Shown piece after piece: positions 50,231 to 61,933 of a DNA stretch of 64,000 nt (the first letter of the stretch is position 1; each line of letters opens with the position of its first letter). The notes beneath the pieces were generated by a model. The model had not been told where the DNA came from. It searched no databases and was given only the letters and a program-made list of their open reading frames with translations. A program made the position numbers and the translations under genes. The DNA comes from Squalus acanthias. Lineage: Eukaryota. The DNA lies in NCBI GenBank assembly GCA_030390025.1, contig JASTWF010000148.1, positions 1-64,000 on the forward strand, written 5' to 3'.

Positions 50231-53200
50231 TTCTTCTCTTCTTAGGCAGCCCCTCGGAACCGAGGATGACGCTCCCACACTAAAAATGAGTTCTCTTGTG
50301 ACTGATGAGTCCAATGCGGGACCTACAGTCTCTGTCACAGGTGGGGCAGAAGGTGGTTCAAGCTTCGATGCTGGGGATACTGGCCTGAGCAAGAACACTG
50401 ACGTTGGTGCTCCTATCCTGCCAATGGATTTGCAGGATCTTGAGGAGGCAGCGTTGGTGGTACCTCTCCAGTGCTTTGAGGTGCCTGCTGTACATGGTCC
50501 ATATCTCTGAGGCATACAGGAGGCCGGGTATCACTACTGCTCTGTAGACCATGAGCTTGGTGCTGGGTTTGACGTCCTGGTCTTCAAACGCTCTCTTCCT
50601 CAGGCGATCGAAGGCAGCACTGGCACACTGAAGGCGGTGTTGGACTTCGTCATCGACCTCTGCCCTTGTTGACAGTAGGATCCCGAGGTATGGAAAGTGG
50701 TCCACGTTGTCCAAGGCCTCGTAATGGATTTTGATAATTGGGGAGCAGTACTATGTGGCGGGGGCAGGTTGGTGGAGGGATTGAAGGCCGATAAATCCCC
50801 AGGGCCTGATAATGTACATCCTAGGGTACTTAAGGAAGTGGCCCTAGAAATAGTAGATGCATTGCTGATCATCTTCCAAAATTCTATATACTCTGGAACA
50901 GTACCCATGGATTGGATGGTAGCTAATGTTATCCCACTATTCAAAAAAGGTGGTGGAGAGAAAACGGGGAATTATAGACCGGTAAGCCTGACATCGGTAG
51001 TGGGGAAAATGCTAGAGTTCATTATAAAAGATGTAATAGCAGAGCACTTGGAAAACAGTGACAGGATCGGACAAAGTCAACATGCATTTACAAAAGGTAA
51101 ATCGTGCTTGACTAATCTACTGGAATTTTTTGAGAATGTAACTGGTAAAATAGATAAGGGCGAACCAGTGGATGTGGTGTATTTGGACTTTCAGAAGGCT
51201 TTCAATAAGGTCCCGCATAAGAGATTAGCGTGTAAAGTTAAGGCACATGGTATTGGGGGCAAGGTATTGACTTGGATAGAGAACTGGTTGACAGACAGAA
51301 AGCAAAGAGTTGGAATAAATGGGTCTTTTTCCGAGTTGCAGGCAGTGACTAGTGGGGTACCGCAGGGATCGGTCCTAGGACCCCAGCTATTCACAATATA
51401 TATTAATGATCTAGAGGAGGGAATTGGATGTAATATCTCCAAGTTTGCAGACGACACAAAGCTGGTTAGAAGTGTGTGCCATGAGGAGGATGCCGAGAAA
51501 CTCCAGTACGATTTGGACAGGTTGGGTGATTGGGCAGAAGCATGGCAGATGCAATATAATGTGGATAAATACGAGGTTATCAACTTTGGTGTCAAAAACA
51601 GAAAGGCAGATTATTATCTGAATGGCAATAGATTGGGAGAAGGGGAAGTGCAACGAGACCTGGGTGTCCTTGTGTACCAGTCGCTGAAGGTAAGCATGCA
51701 GGTGCAGCAGGCGGTTTAGAAGGCAAATGGCATGTTGGCCTTCGTAGCAAAGATTTCGAGTACAGGAACAGGGATGTCTTGCTGCAGTTGTAGTCGCCTT
51801 ATCTGAGGAAGGATGTTCTTGCCAAGGAGGGAGTGCAGCGAAGATTCACCAGGCTGATACCTGGCATGGCAGGAATGACGTATGAGGAGAAATTCGGTCG
51901 ATTGGGCTTATACTCGCTGGAGTTTAGAAGAATGAGAGGGGATCTCATTGAAACTTATAACATTCTAACAGGGTGGGCAGAAGCGTGGCAGATGCAATAT
52001 AACGTGGATAAATGCGAGGTTATCCACTTTGGTGTCAAAAACAGAAAGGCAGATTATTATCTGAATGGCAATAGATTGGGAGAAGGGGAAGTGCAAGGAG
52101 ACCTGGGTGTCCTTGTGCAACAGTCGCTGAAGGTAAGCATGCAGGTGCAGCAGGCGGTTAAGAAGGCAAATGGTATGTTGGCCTTCATAGCGAGAGGGTT
52201 TGAGTACAGGAACAAGGATGTCTTGCTGCAGTTGTACAGGGCCTTGGTGAGACCACACCTTGAGTACTGTGTGCAGTTTTGGTCGCCTTATCTGAGGAAG
52301 GATGTTCTTTCCATGGAAGGAGTTCAGCGAAGATTCTCAAGGCTGATACCTGGGATGGCAGGAATGACGTATGAAGAGAGATTGGGTCGATTGGGCTTAT
52401 ACTCGCTGGAGTTTAGAAGAATGAGAGGGGATCTCATTGAAACTTATAAAATTCTGACAGGACAGGACAAACTAGATGCAGGAAGGATGTTCCCGATGGC
52501 CGGGGAGTCCAGAACCAGGGGTCACAGTCTAAGGATAAGGGGTAAGCCATTTAGGACAGAAATGAGGAGGAATTTCTTCACCCAGAGAGTGGTGAACCTG
52601 TGGAATTCTCTGCCACAGAAGGCAGTAGAGGCCAATTCATTATATAGATTCAAGAAGGAGTTGGATATATTTCTTAAGGCTAAAGGGATCAAGGGATATG
52701 GGGAGAAAGCAGGGACCGGGTACTGAATTTGGATGATCAGCCATGATCGCATTGAATGGCAGAGCAGGCTAGAGGGGCCAAATGGCCTACTCCTGCTCCT
52801 ATCTTCTATGATTCTATAATTCTATGACTAGACAGACTAGATGCAGGAAGGATGTTCCCGATGGCCGGGGAGTCCAGAACCAGGGGTCACAGTCTAAGCA
52901 TAAGGGGTAAGCCATTTAGGACTGAGATGAGGAGGAATTTCTTCACCCAGAGAGTGGTGAACCTGTGGAATTCTCTACCACAGAAGGCAGTAGAGGCCAA
53001 TTCATTAAATATATTCAAGAAGGAGTTAGATATATTTCTTAAAGCTCAAGGGATCAAGGGATATGGGGAGAAGGCAGGGACAGGGTACTGAATTTGGATG
53101 ATCAGCCATGATTTCATTGAATGGCAGAGCAGGCTCGAGGGCTGAATGGCCTACTCCTGCTCCTATCTTCTATGTTTCTATATTTCTATGTTTTTTCATA

Positions 53201-53324
53201 CGGATGTTTAGTGTAAGGCCTATGCTCTCGTACGCTTCGGTGAAGGTGTTGACGATGGTTTGGAGTTCGACCTCAGAGTGTGCGCAGACGCAAGCGTCGT
53301 CTGCATACTGCAATTCGATGACAG
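50231..53324 (-). mobile_element. RTE-clade LINE fragment, itself interrupted by a CR1
   Basis: ELQYADDACV (53.3 kb) and HFPYLG...KLMVYRAVV...LERYHQRCL (50.4-50.7 kb); TSD AGGGACTTGAGC at 50219 and 53325. Confidence 0.85.
50770..53192 (+). mobile_element. CR1 RT region with internal and 3' tandem duplications
   Basis: ORFs 50697-51719, 51833-52726 and 52852-53091; WAEAWQMQYNVDK and MFPMAGESRTRGH each occur twice. Confidence 0.9.
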
Positions 53325-53897
53325 AGGGACTTGAGCACATAAAGCTAGACTGACATTCCAGTGCAGTGCTGAGGGAGTCCTGCACTGTCGGAGGTGCCGT
53401 CTTTCAGAAGAGACGTTAAAGCGAGGCCCCGTCTGCTATCTCAGGCGGAAGTAAAATATCCCCTGTGTCCTGAGCAATATTTATCCCTCAACCAACATAA
53501 CAAAAACACATCGCGTACTCACCCGTGGAGACCCGAATTTCTGGCCCAGTGTTTCAAGTCAGCATCAAATCCCCCGGTACTCGGTGAGATGGGGGGACAT
53601 TAGTTACACGGCGGGGACCGCGGTTCGCGGTTCCAGCTGTTAGAACAGGATCCCATCTCGTGTTCTGGACTTGTAACTGGGATCACTCATTCCCAATCGC
53701 CATTCATTGAAACCAATCCCGGGAAAGGCGTCACCGCCCGCACACACTCAGCATTTACAAAACACAAGGTGTTAACTGCAATAATCCAACCTGATTATAA
53801 TCTAGACTGTGGGGCAGACGGTGCGAGGCTGAACTGTGGGTTTTAAAGGCAGATTAACTCAGCTTTTTCATTTGTTTCTGTGACAATCTGCAGTGAG

Positions 53898-53935
53898 AGT
53901 TTTTGTATCGCGGGAAGCCGAGGCCTATCACTGTG
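53898..53935 (-). other. RSS of the NAR-type V (22-nt spacer)
   Basis: CACAGTG-22 nt-ACAAAAACT. Confidence 0.9.
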
Positions 53936-54416
53936 TAGTTACCGTACCTGTACTCAGCTTTACAGTAATAGGTGGCGCTGTCTTCAACTCGCACATCCCG
54001 AATTTCCAACGAAAATATCTTTTCTGCCTTATTAGTCGACACAACAAATCGCCCTCCGCTCGAGATCCGCTCCCGCTCCGTCCCGGTCCGGGTTTGTCTG
54101 AAGAAATCCCCACTCTCTAAAGACGAGCGTAAAAACCACCATAGAAAACGCAGGTGATGGTGAGAGACTGACACTCCTCCCTGGCCACCGCTAACGGGGT
54201 CTGTACCACTGACTGACTGAAAGAGCCTGGAAATTAAACAGCGAGAGTTTAATGGGCCATCAGAGCCGAACCACACAACGGGGCTAAAACCCAGACAATG
54301 TCCGCAATTCGGATGGACCCGGGCAGCTTTATATTAAATCCAAACAATGTCGGTTTGTTTGAACGGTACTCACGGGATAAACAGACACACAGGGTGAAAA
54401 CAGTGAGGATTCCCAT
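53936..54416 (-). pseudogene. NARTCR-like V segment (leader 54416-54374, V exon 54226-53936) with a 1-nt frameshift in CDR1
   Basis: MGILTVFTLCVCLS; SQSVVQTPLAVAREECQSLTITC; FFRQTRTGTERERISSGGRFVVSTNKAEKIFSLEIRDVRVEDSATYYCKA (no CDR2, NAR-type); TATAAA at 54446-54441. Confidence 0.85.
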
Positions 54417-54549
54417 CGTTCTGCTGCCGGGAGCTGATGGTTTATATGATGGGAAGCTGGAGACTGCAGCCCTGGACTGCTCTGGGAGACTATACCTCAG
54501 TGCTGGACTGAAATACTTTAGTGGGGTCGAGTTGATTAGCACAGGGCAG

Positions 54550-57500
54550 TCATACAGTCATAGAGCCATAGAGTAAAACAGCACAGAAAGAGGCCCTTCG
54601 GCCCATCGTGTCCGCGCCGGCCATCAAGCCCTGTCTATTCTAATCCCATTTTCCAGCACTTGGTCCGTAGCCTTGTATGCTATGGCGTTTCAAGTGCTCA
54701 TCTAAATGCTTCTTGAATGTTGTGAGGGTTCCTGCCTCTACCACCCTTTCAGGCAGTGAGTTCCAGATTCCAACCACCCTCTGGGTGAAAAAGTTTTTCC
54801 TCAAATCCCCTCTAAACCTCCTGCCCCTTACCTTGAAACTATGCCCCCTGGTTATTGAACCCTCTACTAAGGGGAAAATTTCCTTTCTATCTACCCTATC
54901 TATGCCCCTCATAATGTTGTACACCTCAATCAGGTCCCCCCTCAGCCTTCTCTGATCTAAGGAAAACAACCCCAGCCTGTCCAGTCTCTCTTCATAGCTG
55001 AAGCGCTGTAGCCCAGGTAACATCCTGGTGAATCTCCTCTGCACCCTCTCCAATGCAATCACATCCTTCCTATAGTGTGGCGACCAGAACTGCACACAGT
55101 ATTCCAGCTGTGGCCTAACGAGCGTTTTGTACAGCTCCAACATAACCTCCCTGCTCTTATATTCTATGCCTCGGCTAATGAAGGCAAGTATCCCAAATGC
55201 CTTTTTAACCACTATATCTACCTGTCCTGCTGCCTTCAGGGATCTATGTACATGCACACCAAGGTCCCTCTGATCCTCTGTACTTCCTAGGGTCCTACCA
55301 TTCATTGTGTATTCTCTTGCCTTGTTAGTCCTCCCAAAATGCATCACCTCAAAGTTTTCAGGGTTAAATTCCATTTGCCACTGTTCTGCCCATCTGACCA
55401 ACCCATCTATATCGTCCTGTAGCCTGAGGCTTCCCTCCTCGCTATTTACCACTCCACCAATTTTCGTATCATCTGCGAACTTACTGGTCATACCTCCTAC
55501 ATTCATATCTAAATCATTAATGTATACTACAAACAGCAAAGGACCCAGCACCGATCGCTGCGGTACACCACTGAACACAGGCTTCCAGTCACAAAAACAA
55601 CCTTCGACCAACACCCTCTGTCTCCTGCAACTAAGCCAATTTTGGATCCAATGTGCCAAATTGCCCTGGATCCCATGGGCTCTTACCTTCTTGAACAGTC
55701 TCCCATGCGGGACTTTGTCAAAAGCCTTACTGAAGTCCATGTAGACTACATCAGCTGCGCTACCCTCATCCACACACCTAGTCACCTCCTCGAAAAATTC
55801 AATCAAATTGGTCAGGCATGATCTCCCCCTGACAAAGCCATGCTGCCTATCCTTGATTAATCTTTGCCTCTCCAAGTGGAGACTAATTCTGTCCCTCAGA
55901 ATATTTTCCAATAATTTCCCTAGCACTGATGTTAGGCTCACTGGCCTGTAATTCCCTGGTTTATCCCTACTACCCTTCTTGAATAATGGTACTATGTTAA
56001 CTGTTCTCCAGTCCTCTGGCACCTACCCTGTGGCCAGAGAGGTTCTGAAAATTTGTGTCAGAGCCCCTGCAATCTCCTCCCTTGCCTCACACAGCAGCCT
56101 GGGATACATCTCGTGTGGGCCTGGGGATTTATCCACTTTTAACCCCGCTAAAACCGTTAGTACCTCCTCCCTCTCAATACTAATTTGTTCAAGTATATCA
56201 CAATCCCCCTGCCTGATTTCTATGCCTACATCGTCCTTCTCCATAGTGAACACAGATGCAAAATATTCATTTAAAACCTCACCTACATCTTCCGGCTCTA
56301 CACACAGATTGCCACTTTGGTTCCTAATGGGCCCTACTCTTTCCTTGGTTATCCTCTTGCCCTTAATATACTTATAAAACACCTTGGGATTTTCCTTAAT
56401 TTTGTCCGCCAGTGTTATTTCATGCCCCCTCTTCGCTCTCCTAATTTCTTTTTTAAGTACCCCCCTGCACTTTCTATACTCCTCTAGGGCTTCCACTGTT
56501 TTTAGTCCTTTGTATCTGCCATAAGCCTCCGTTTTTTTCCTAATCCATTCTCGTATATCCCTTGACATCCAGGGTTCCCTGGGTTTGTTGGTCCCACCCT
56601 TGACCTTTACGGGAACATGTTGGCGTTGTACTCTCTCTATTTCCTTTCTGAAAGACTCCCACTGCTCTGATGTGGATTTTCCTACAAGTAGCTGCTCCCA
56701 GTCCACTTTGGCCAGATCCTGCCTTATCATATTAAAATCGGCCTTCCCCCAATTTAGAACCTTTATTTCCGGTCCATCTTTGTCCTTTACCATGACTACC
56801 TTAAATCTCACCGAATTATGGTCACTGTCACCAACATGCTCTCCTACTGACACTTCTACCACTTGCCCGGCTACATTCCCTAGAATTAGGTCCAGTACCG
56901 CCCCCTCTCTTGTTGGACTTTCTACATGCTGGCTCAAAAAGCTCTCCTGGATGCGCTTTAAGAACTCCGCACCCTCTAAACCTTTCACACTCTGACTATC
57001 CCAGTTAATATTGGGGAAGTTGAAATCCCCTACTATTATTACCCTATTATTTCTACACTTCTCTGAGATTTGCCTACATATCTGTTCCTCTATCTCCCCC
57101 TTACTGTTTGGAGGCCTATAGTATACGCCCAGCAAAGTGCTTGCCCCCTTTTTGTTTTTAAGTTCTACCCATATGGCCTCATTAGAGGAACTTGCTAAGA
57201 TATCATCCCTCCTTGCAGCAGGAATTGACTCCTTGATTAATATTGCAACACCCCCTCCTCTTTTACACCCCCCTCTGTCTCGCCTGAAGATTCTACACCC
57301 CGGAATATTAAGCTGCCAGTCCTGCCCCTCCCTCAACCATGTCTCTGTGATAGCAACAATATCATACTCCCATGTGTTCATCAACACCTTTAATTAATCT
57401 GCCTTACTCGCAAGACTCCTTGCATTAAAATAAATGCCAACCAGCCTTGCCATACTCCCTTGTGCCGTTGCATATTTGCTCTGCCTTCCAGGCTGACTTG

Positions 57501-57585
57501 TTTTTTCCTCTATATTTGGCTGTGCATCACCCCCTACTATAACTCCACTCCATATCCCATCCCCCTGCCAAGTTAGTTTAAACCC
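54550..57585 (-). mobile_element. CR1 with full-length ORF2 broken only by two in-frame stops
   Basis: ORFs 57394-57609, 56023-57387 and 54640-56022 share one frame; APE and RT (FADD) motifs. Confidence 0.93.
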
Positions 57586-58135
57586 CCGGAGATCACTGAT
57601 GGGCCTCACGGATCTCTGGCTATGTGTTTGTTGTGTGAATAAGCGACAGGTTTAAATAAGGAAGCTGTAGTTTTCTGGCGCTTCATTGGGTCTCTGAGGC
57701 CGATGTGAAGGACCCTCCCACATTAGGCTGATGTACAGGGGGAAATTGTTCTGTTCGCAGAGGCTGCGGTTCGGCTTTGCCCCACAGTAATGAGCTGGGA
57801 GGTCGGTTCATGTGTTTTTATTGGCTCGTGTTTGTTGAGAGTGGAATGTTGTCCCAGGACAATATGTCCCAATTATTCCAGGGTTCAGTAAACAATATCC
57901 CGTGTTCCACAGTCCCTGTCAGTTCAAACTGTTCTTTGTGAGACTCTGAGCTCTTACAAGAACGACCCAGGACCACGTGCCGGAGATGGGCGCTTCATAT
58001 AAAAGGAGAACATAGCAAAGCATGATAACTGAGAGTAGGAAATTACAATGAAATTAAACCAGATTACAGCGATAATAAGATCAAACCTACAATTCAGGTT
58101 CCGGGCCCGGGGAATTCATATTTTAATTGTACACA

Positions 58136-58206
58136 GGTATTTGCTCAGGTCTCATCCACTGTGAGGACCCCTGGTAAAGACAGTGTTTCAAGTGAACATC
58201 AAATCC
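58136..58206 (-). other. D segment (58178-58164, TTTACCAGGGGTCCT) flanked by two 12-RSSs
   Basis: GGATTTGAT-12-CACTGTC-[15 nt]-CACAGTG-12-GCAAATACC; the 5' heptamer is mutated at the coding-proximal base. Confidence 0.75.
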
Positions 58207-58418
58207 CCCGGTACTCGGTGAGATGGGGGGACATTAGTTACACGGCGGGGACCGCGGTTCCCGGTTCCAGCTGTTAGAACAGGAGTCCAGCTGGTGTTCG
58301 GGACTTGTAACTGGGATCAGTCATTCCCAATCGCCATTCATTGACACCAATCCCGGGAAAGACGTCACCGCCCGCACACACTCAGCATTTACAAAACTCA
58401 AGGTGTTAACTGCAATAA

Positions 58419-59790
58419 AGTGGATAAAGGGGAACCAGTGGACGTAGTGTATTTAGACTTCCAAAAGGCATTTGACAAGGTGCCACAGAAAAGATTATTG
58501 CTTAAGGTAAAAAATCACGGGATTGGGGGTAATATTCTGGCATGGATAGAGGATTGGCTATCTAACAGAAAGCAAAGAGTTGGGATAAATGGTTCATTCT
58601 CAGACTGGCAATCAGTAACTAGTGGTGTTCCACAGGGGTCAGTGCTGGATCCCCAACTCTTTACAATCTATATTAACGATTTGGAGGAAGGGACCAAGTG
58701 TAACATATCAAAATTTGCAGATGATACTAAGATGGGAGGGAAAGTAGTGAGTGAGGAGGACATAAAAAACCTGCAAGGGGACATAGACAGGCTAAGTAAG
58801 TGGACAGAGATTTGGCAGATGGAATACAACACTGGAAAGTGTGAGGTGATGCACTTTGGCAGGAGAAATCCTAGAGCAATTTATTATCTTAATGGCAAGA
58901 AACTGGAGAGTACTGAAGTGCAAAGGGATCTGGGGGTCCTGGTGCACGAAACTCAAAAGGTTAGTATGCAGGTGCAGCAAGTGATTAAGAAGGCAAATGG
59001 AATGTTGGCTTTCATTGCTAAGGGGATAGAATATAAAAATAGGGAGGTATTGCTTCAGTTGTACAAGGTATTGGTGAGACCGCACCTGGAATACTGCATA
59101 CAGTTTTGGTGTCCTTACTTAAGGAAAGACATCCTTGCTCTCGAGGCAGTGCAAAAAAGGTTCACTCGGTTAATCCCGGGGATGATGGGGTGGTCATATG
59201 AGGAGAGGTTGGGTAGATTGGGACTCTACTCATTGGAGTTCAGAAGAATGAGAGGCGATCTTATTGAAACATATAAGATTGTGAAGGGGTTGGATCGGGT
59301 GGATGCGGGGAGGATGTTCCCGATGACGGGTGAGACTAGAACTAGGGGACACAGTCTTAGAATAAGGGGCTGCTCTTTCAAAACTGAGATGAGGAGGAAC
59401 TACTTCACTCAGAGGGTGGTAGGTCCATGGAATATGCTGCCACAAAAAGCTGTAGAAGCTACATCATTAAATAAATTTAAAACAGAAATAGACAGTTTCC
59501 TAGAAGTAAAGGGCATTAAGGGTTACGGGGAGCGGGCAGGAATTTGGACATGAGTCTAGGTTCGGATCCGGTCATGGCCCTGTGGGTAGTGGAGCGGGCC
59601 CAGGGACCGTGTAGCCTGATTCTGCTCCTATTTCGTGTGTGCAATTCTGTTAGATGCAGGAGATGGTTCTGTGATAGATAGTAGATTGGCGGTTAGGATC
59701 AGATCAGCCATGATCTTATTGAATGGCGGAGCAGGCTCGAGGGGCCGATTGGCCTACTCCTGCTCCTATTTCTTATGTTCTTATGTTCTT
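58419..59790 (+). mobile_element. CR1, 5'-truncated, RT C-terminal ORF open
   Basis: ORF 58420-59553; tail TTCTTATG repeats. Confidence 0.92.
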
Positions 59791-60170
59791 AACCCGAGCT
59801 GTACCTGCCCTGGGAATGTTTGATGGGACAGTGTAGAGAGAGCTTTACTGTGTATCTAACTCGTGCTGTATCTGCCCTGGGACTGTTTGATGGGACAGTG
59901 TAGAGAAAGCTTTACTCTGTACCTTACCCGTGCTGTACCTGACTTGGGAGTGTATGGTGGGAGAGTCTGGAGAGAGCTTTACTTTGTATCTAACCCCTGC
60001 TGTACCTGAACAAATAGTGTTTGATGGGGCACTGTAGATGGAGCTTTACTCTGCATCTCACCTGTGTTGTGCCTGCCCTGGGAGTGTTTGATGGGACAGT
60101 GTAGAGGGAGCTTTACTTTGTATCTAACCCCAGCTGTACCTGAACAAATAGTCTTTGATGGGGCACTGTG
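59790..60170 (+). repeat. 67-bp minisatellite, diverged
   Basis: Same unit as at 19.6 kb. Confidence 0.85.
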
Positions 60171-60356
60171 TATTGCTTATCCTGTCCAATTCAGCAATTA
60201 ACTGTAACTTTATTCCCTTGTGTATCACTTATTGTGTCCAATTTAACAATTAACTGTAAGTTTATTCCCCTGTGTATTGCTTATCTTTGCTGAACCACGG
60301 CTGACACTTATTGAAAAGGGTGGGTCCCCATTTAACTGAAGGCACCATCTACGGCA

Positions 60357-60733
60357 CATTTTTGTACAGCGACAGATGAGTTTAACAAAATCACTGTGAT
60401 GCTCAACCCGCAGAAATATACGGCAGAGTCCTGGATTTCCGCTCGAGTGATCGTGAAATAACACTTTCTGCGTTTGTCTGGCCGGCCTCGAATCTTCCCT
60501 TGGCAAAATCCGCCTCCGCTTTCCTCCTGTCCTGTGAAAAATGATTTGAATCTTCAGTTAACCACCTTTATAATTAGCAAAATTCACAGCAGCATAGGGA
60601 GCAAATTTCAGTGTCTAGGACACTAGGAGCAGCTCAACCAGCGCCATCTGTAAAATGCTGCCAATATGATCCGGACCTCCGCTCTCACACCGATAAACAC
60701 CAGCAATAATACAGCCTCCACAGTGAGAGTCGC
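60357..60733 (-). pseudogene. TCR V pseudogene, paralog of the 61.6-61.9-kb V
   Basis: ATG-less leader-like exon 60733-60691; acceptor joined directly to EADFAKGRFEAG...EIQDSAVYFCGL (60531-60399); RSS CACAGTG-26-ACAAAAATG. Confidence 0.8.
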
Positions 60734-60999
60734 GGGGAGATTCTTGAACTTGCAACAAAAACCAACACTCAGCAAGAGCAGGTGAGGTCCACTTCAGGAA
60801 TTATATTAGTTGGTGAGTGCAACGCGCATTTAGAATTAAAATGAACCTCACAAATCCAGCTGTGGCGCCTCAACTCCCCTTTTGTCTTTCGACGTCCTTT
60901 CGGTGCCTGCCTGCAATATTGTGCAGCGCTTTACACATCTCCTCTGTCAGTGTCCCGGACCCTTTGATCGCGGCCTGTACACAGGGTTTATTTGATCAG

Positions 61000-61370
61000 A
61001 AAATTATGAAAAATTTTGATAGAGTGGAGGCAGAGAGAATGTTTCCACTTGTGGGGAAGAGCATAACTAGAAGCCATTAATATAAGACAGTCACCAAGAA
61101 ATCCAATAGGGAATTCAGAAGAAATTTCTTTACCCAAAGAGTGGTGAGAATGTGGAACTCGCTACCACAGGGAGTGGTTGAAGTGAATAGTATCGATGCA
61201 TTTAAGGGGAGGCTGGACAAGCCTATGAGGGAGAAGGAAATAGAGGGTTATGCTGATAGATTTAGATGAGGATAGATGGGAGGAGGCTCGAGTGGAGCAT
61301 AAACGCCGACATGGACGGGTTGGGCCGAATGGCCTGTTTCTGTGCCGCATATCCTATGTAATGTGATCCT
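61000..61370 (+). mobile_element. CR1 3' fragment
   Basis: GAATTCAGAAGAAATTTCTTTACCCAAAGAGTGGTGAGAATGTGGAAC. Confidence 0.75.
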
Positions 61371-61602
61371 ATATAGAATGTGCTGCTGGGTCAGAGACAG
61401 TTTATGCACAATGAACAGATTTCACAAGGTAGTGATTGTGCTCTTTAAAACAGGCCCCAAGCACAGAGTTCCCCCAATGTCCATTGCCCTTCAGACTGTC
61501 TCTTTAGTGCTGGAATGTTTAGCGTGACATTAGCTTCCTCTTCAACCGCTGGGTCTTGGTGGATCCATTCTAATATAAAATAACAGTAATCGTCATCATC
61601 AT

Positions 61603-61641
61603 CATTTTTGTACAGCGACAGATGAGTTTTAAAACACTGTG
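61603..61641 (-). other. 23-RSS
   Basis: CACAGTG-23 nt-ACAAAAATG. Confidence 0.92.
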
Positions 61642-61933
61642 ATTCTCAGCCCGCAGAAATATACGGCAGAGTCCTGGATTTCCGCTCGAGTGATCGTGAA
61701 AGGAAACTTCTTTTCTGTGTTGGTCTGGCCAGCCTCGAATCTTCCCTTGGCAAAATCCGCCTCCTCTTTCCTGCTGTTATCCCTGGACAAAATAAAATGC
61801 GGAGCCTGGTTCGTGTGCTGTCGGTACCAGTACGGATCGGGGTTACTGATCCTTGTTTTGGAGCTACAGTCTATTTTCACATCTCCTTCAGTCACTGTGT
61901 GAGGGACATCCTGGCTATAAGCGGCAAGGTTTC
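61642..61933 (-). CDS. TCR alpha/delta-type V segment (open frame; 5' boundary and leader uncertain)
   Basis: VTEGDVKIDC...YWYRQHTNQAPHFIL...ADFAKGRF...AEIQDSAVYFCGL; acceptor is purine-rich and weak. Confidence 0.8.

Noticed and set aside
57590-58135. Expected J segment downstream of the D
   Set aside because: No G-x-G-T J motif with RSS and donor found.
60341-60355. CTCF-like GCCGTAGATGGTGCC next to an RSS
   Set aside because: Several mismatches, and absent beside the paralogous RSS at 61603.
61893-61899. Cryptic CACAGTG in V FR1
   Set aside because: No credible nonamer; explained by His-Thr-Val codons.
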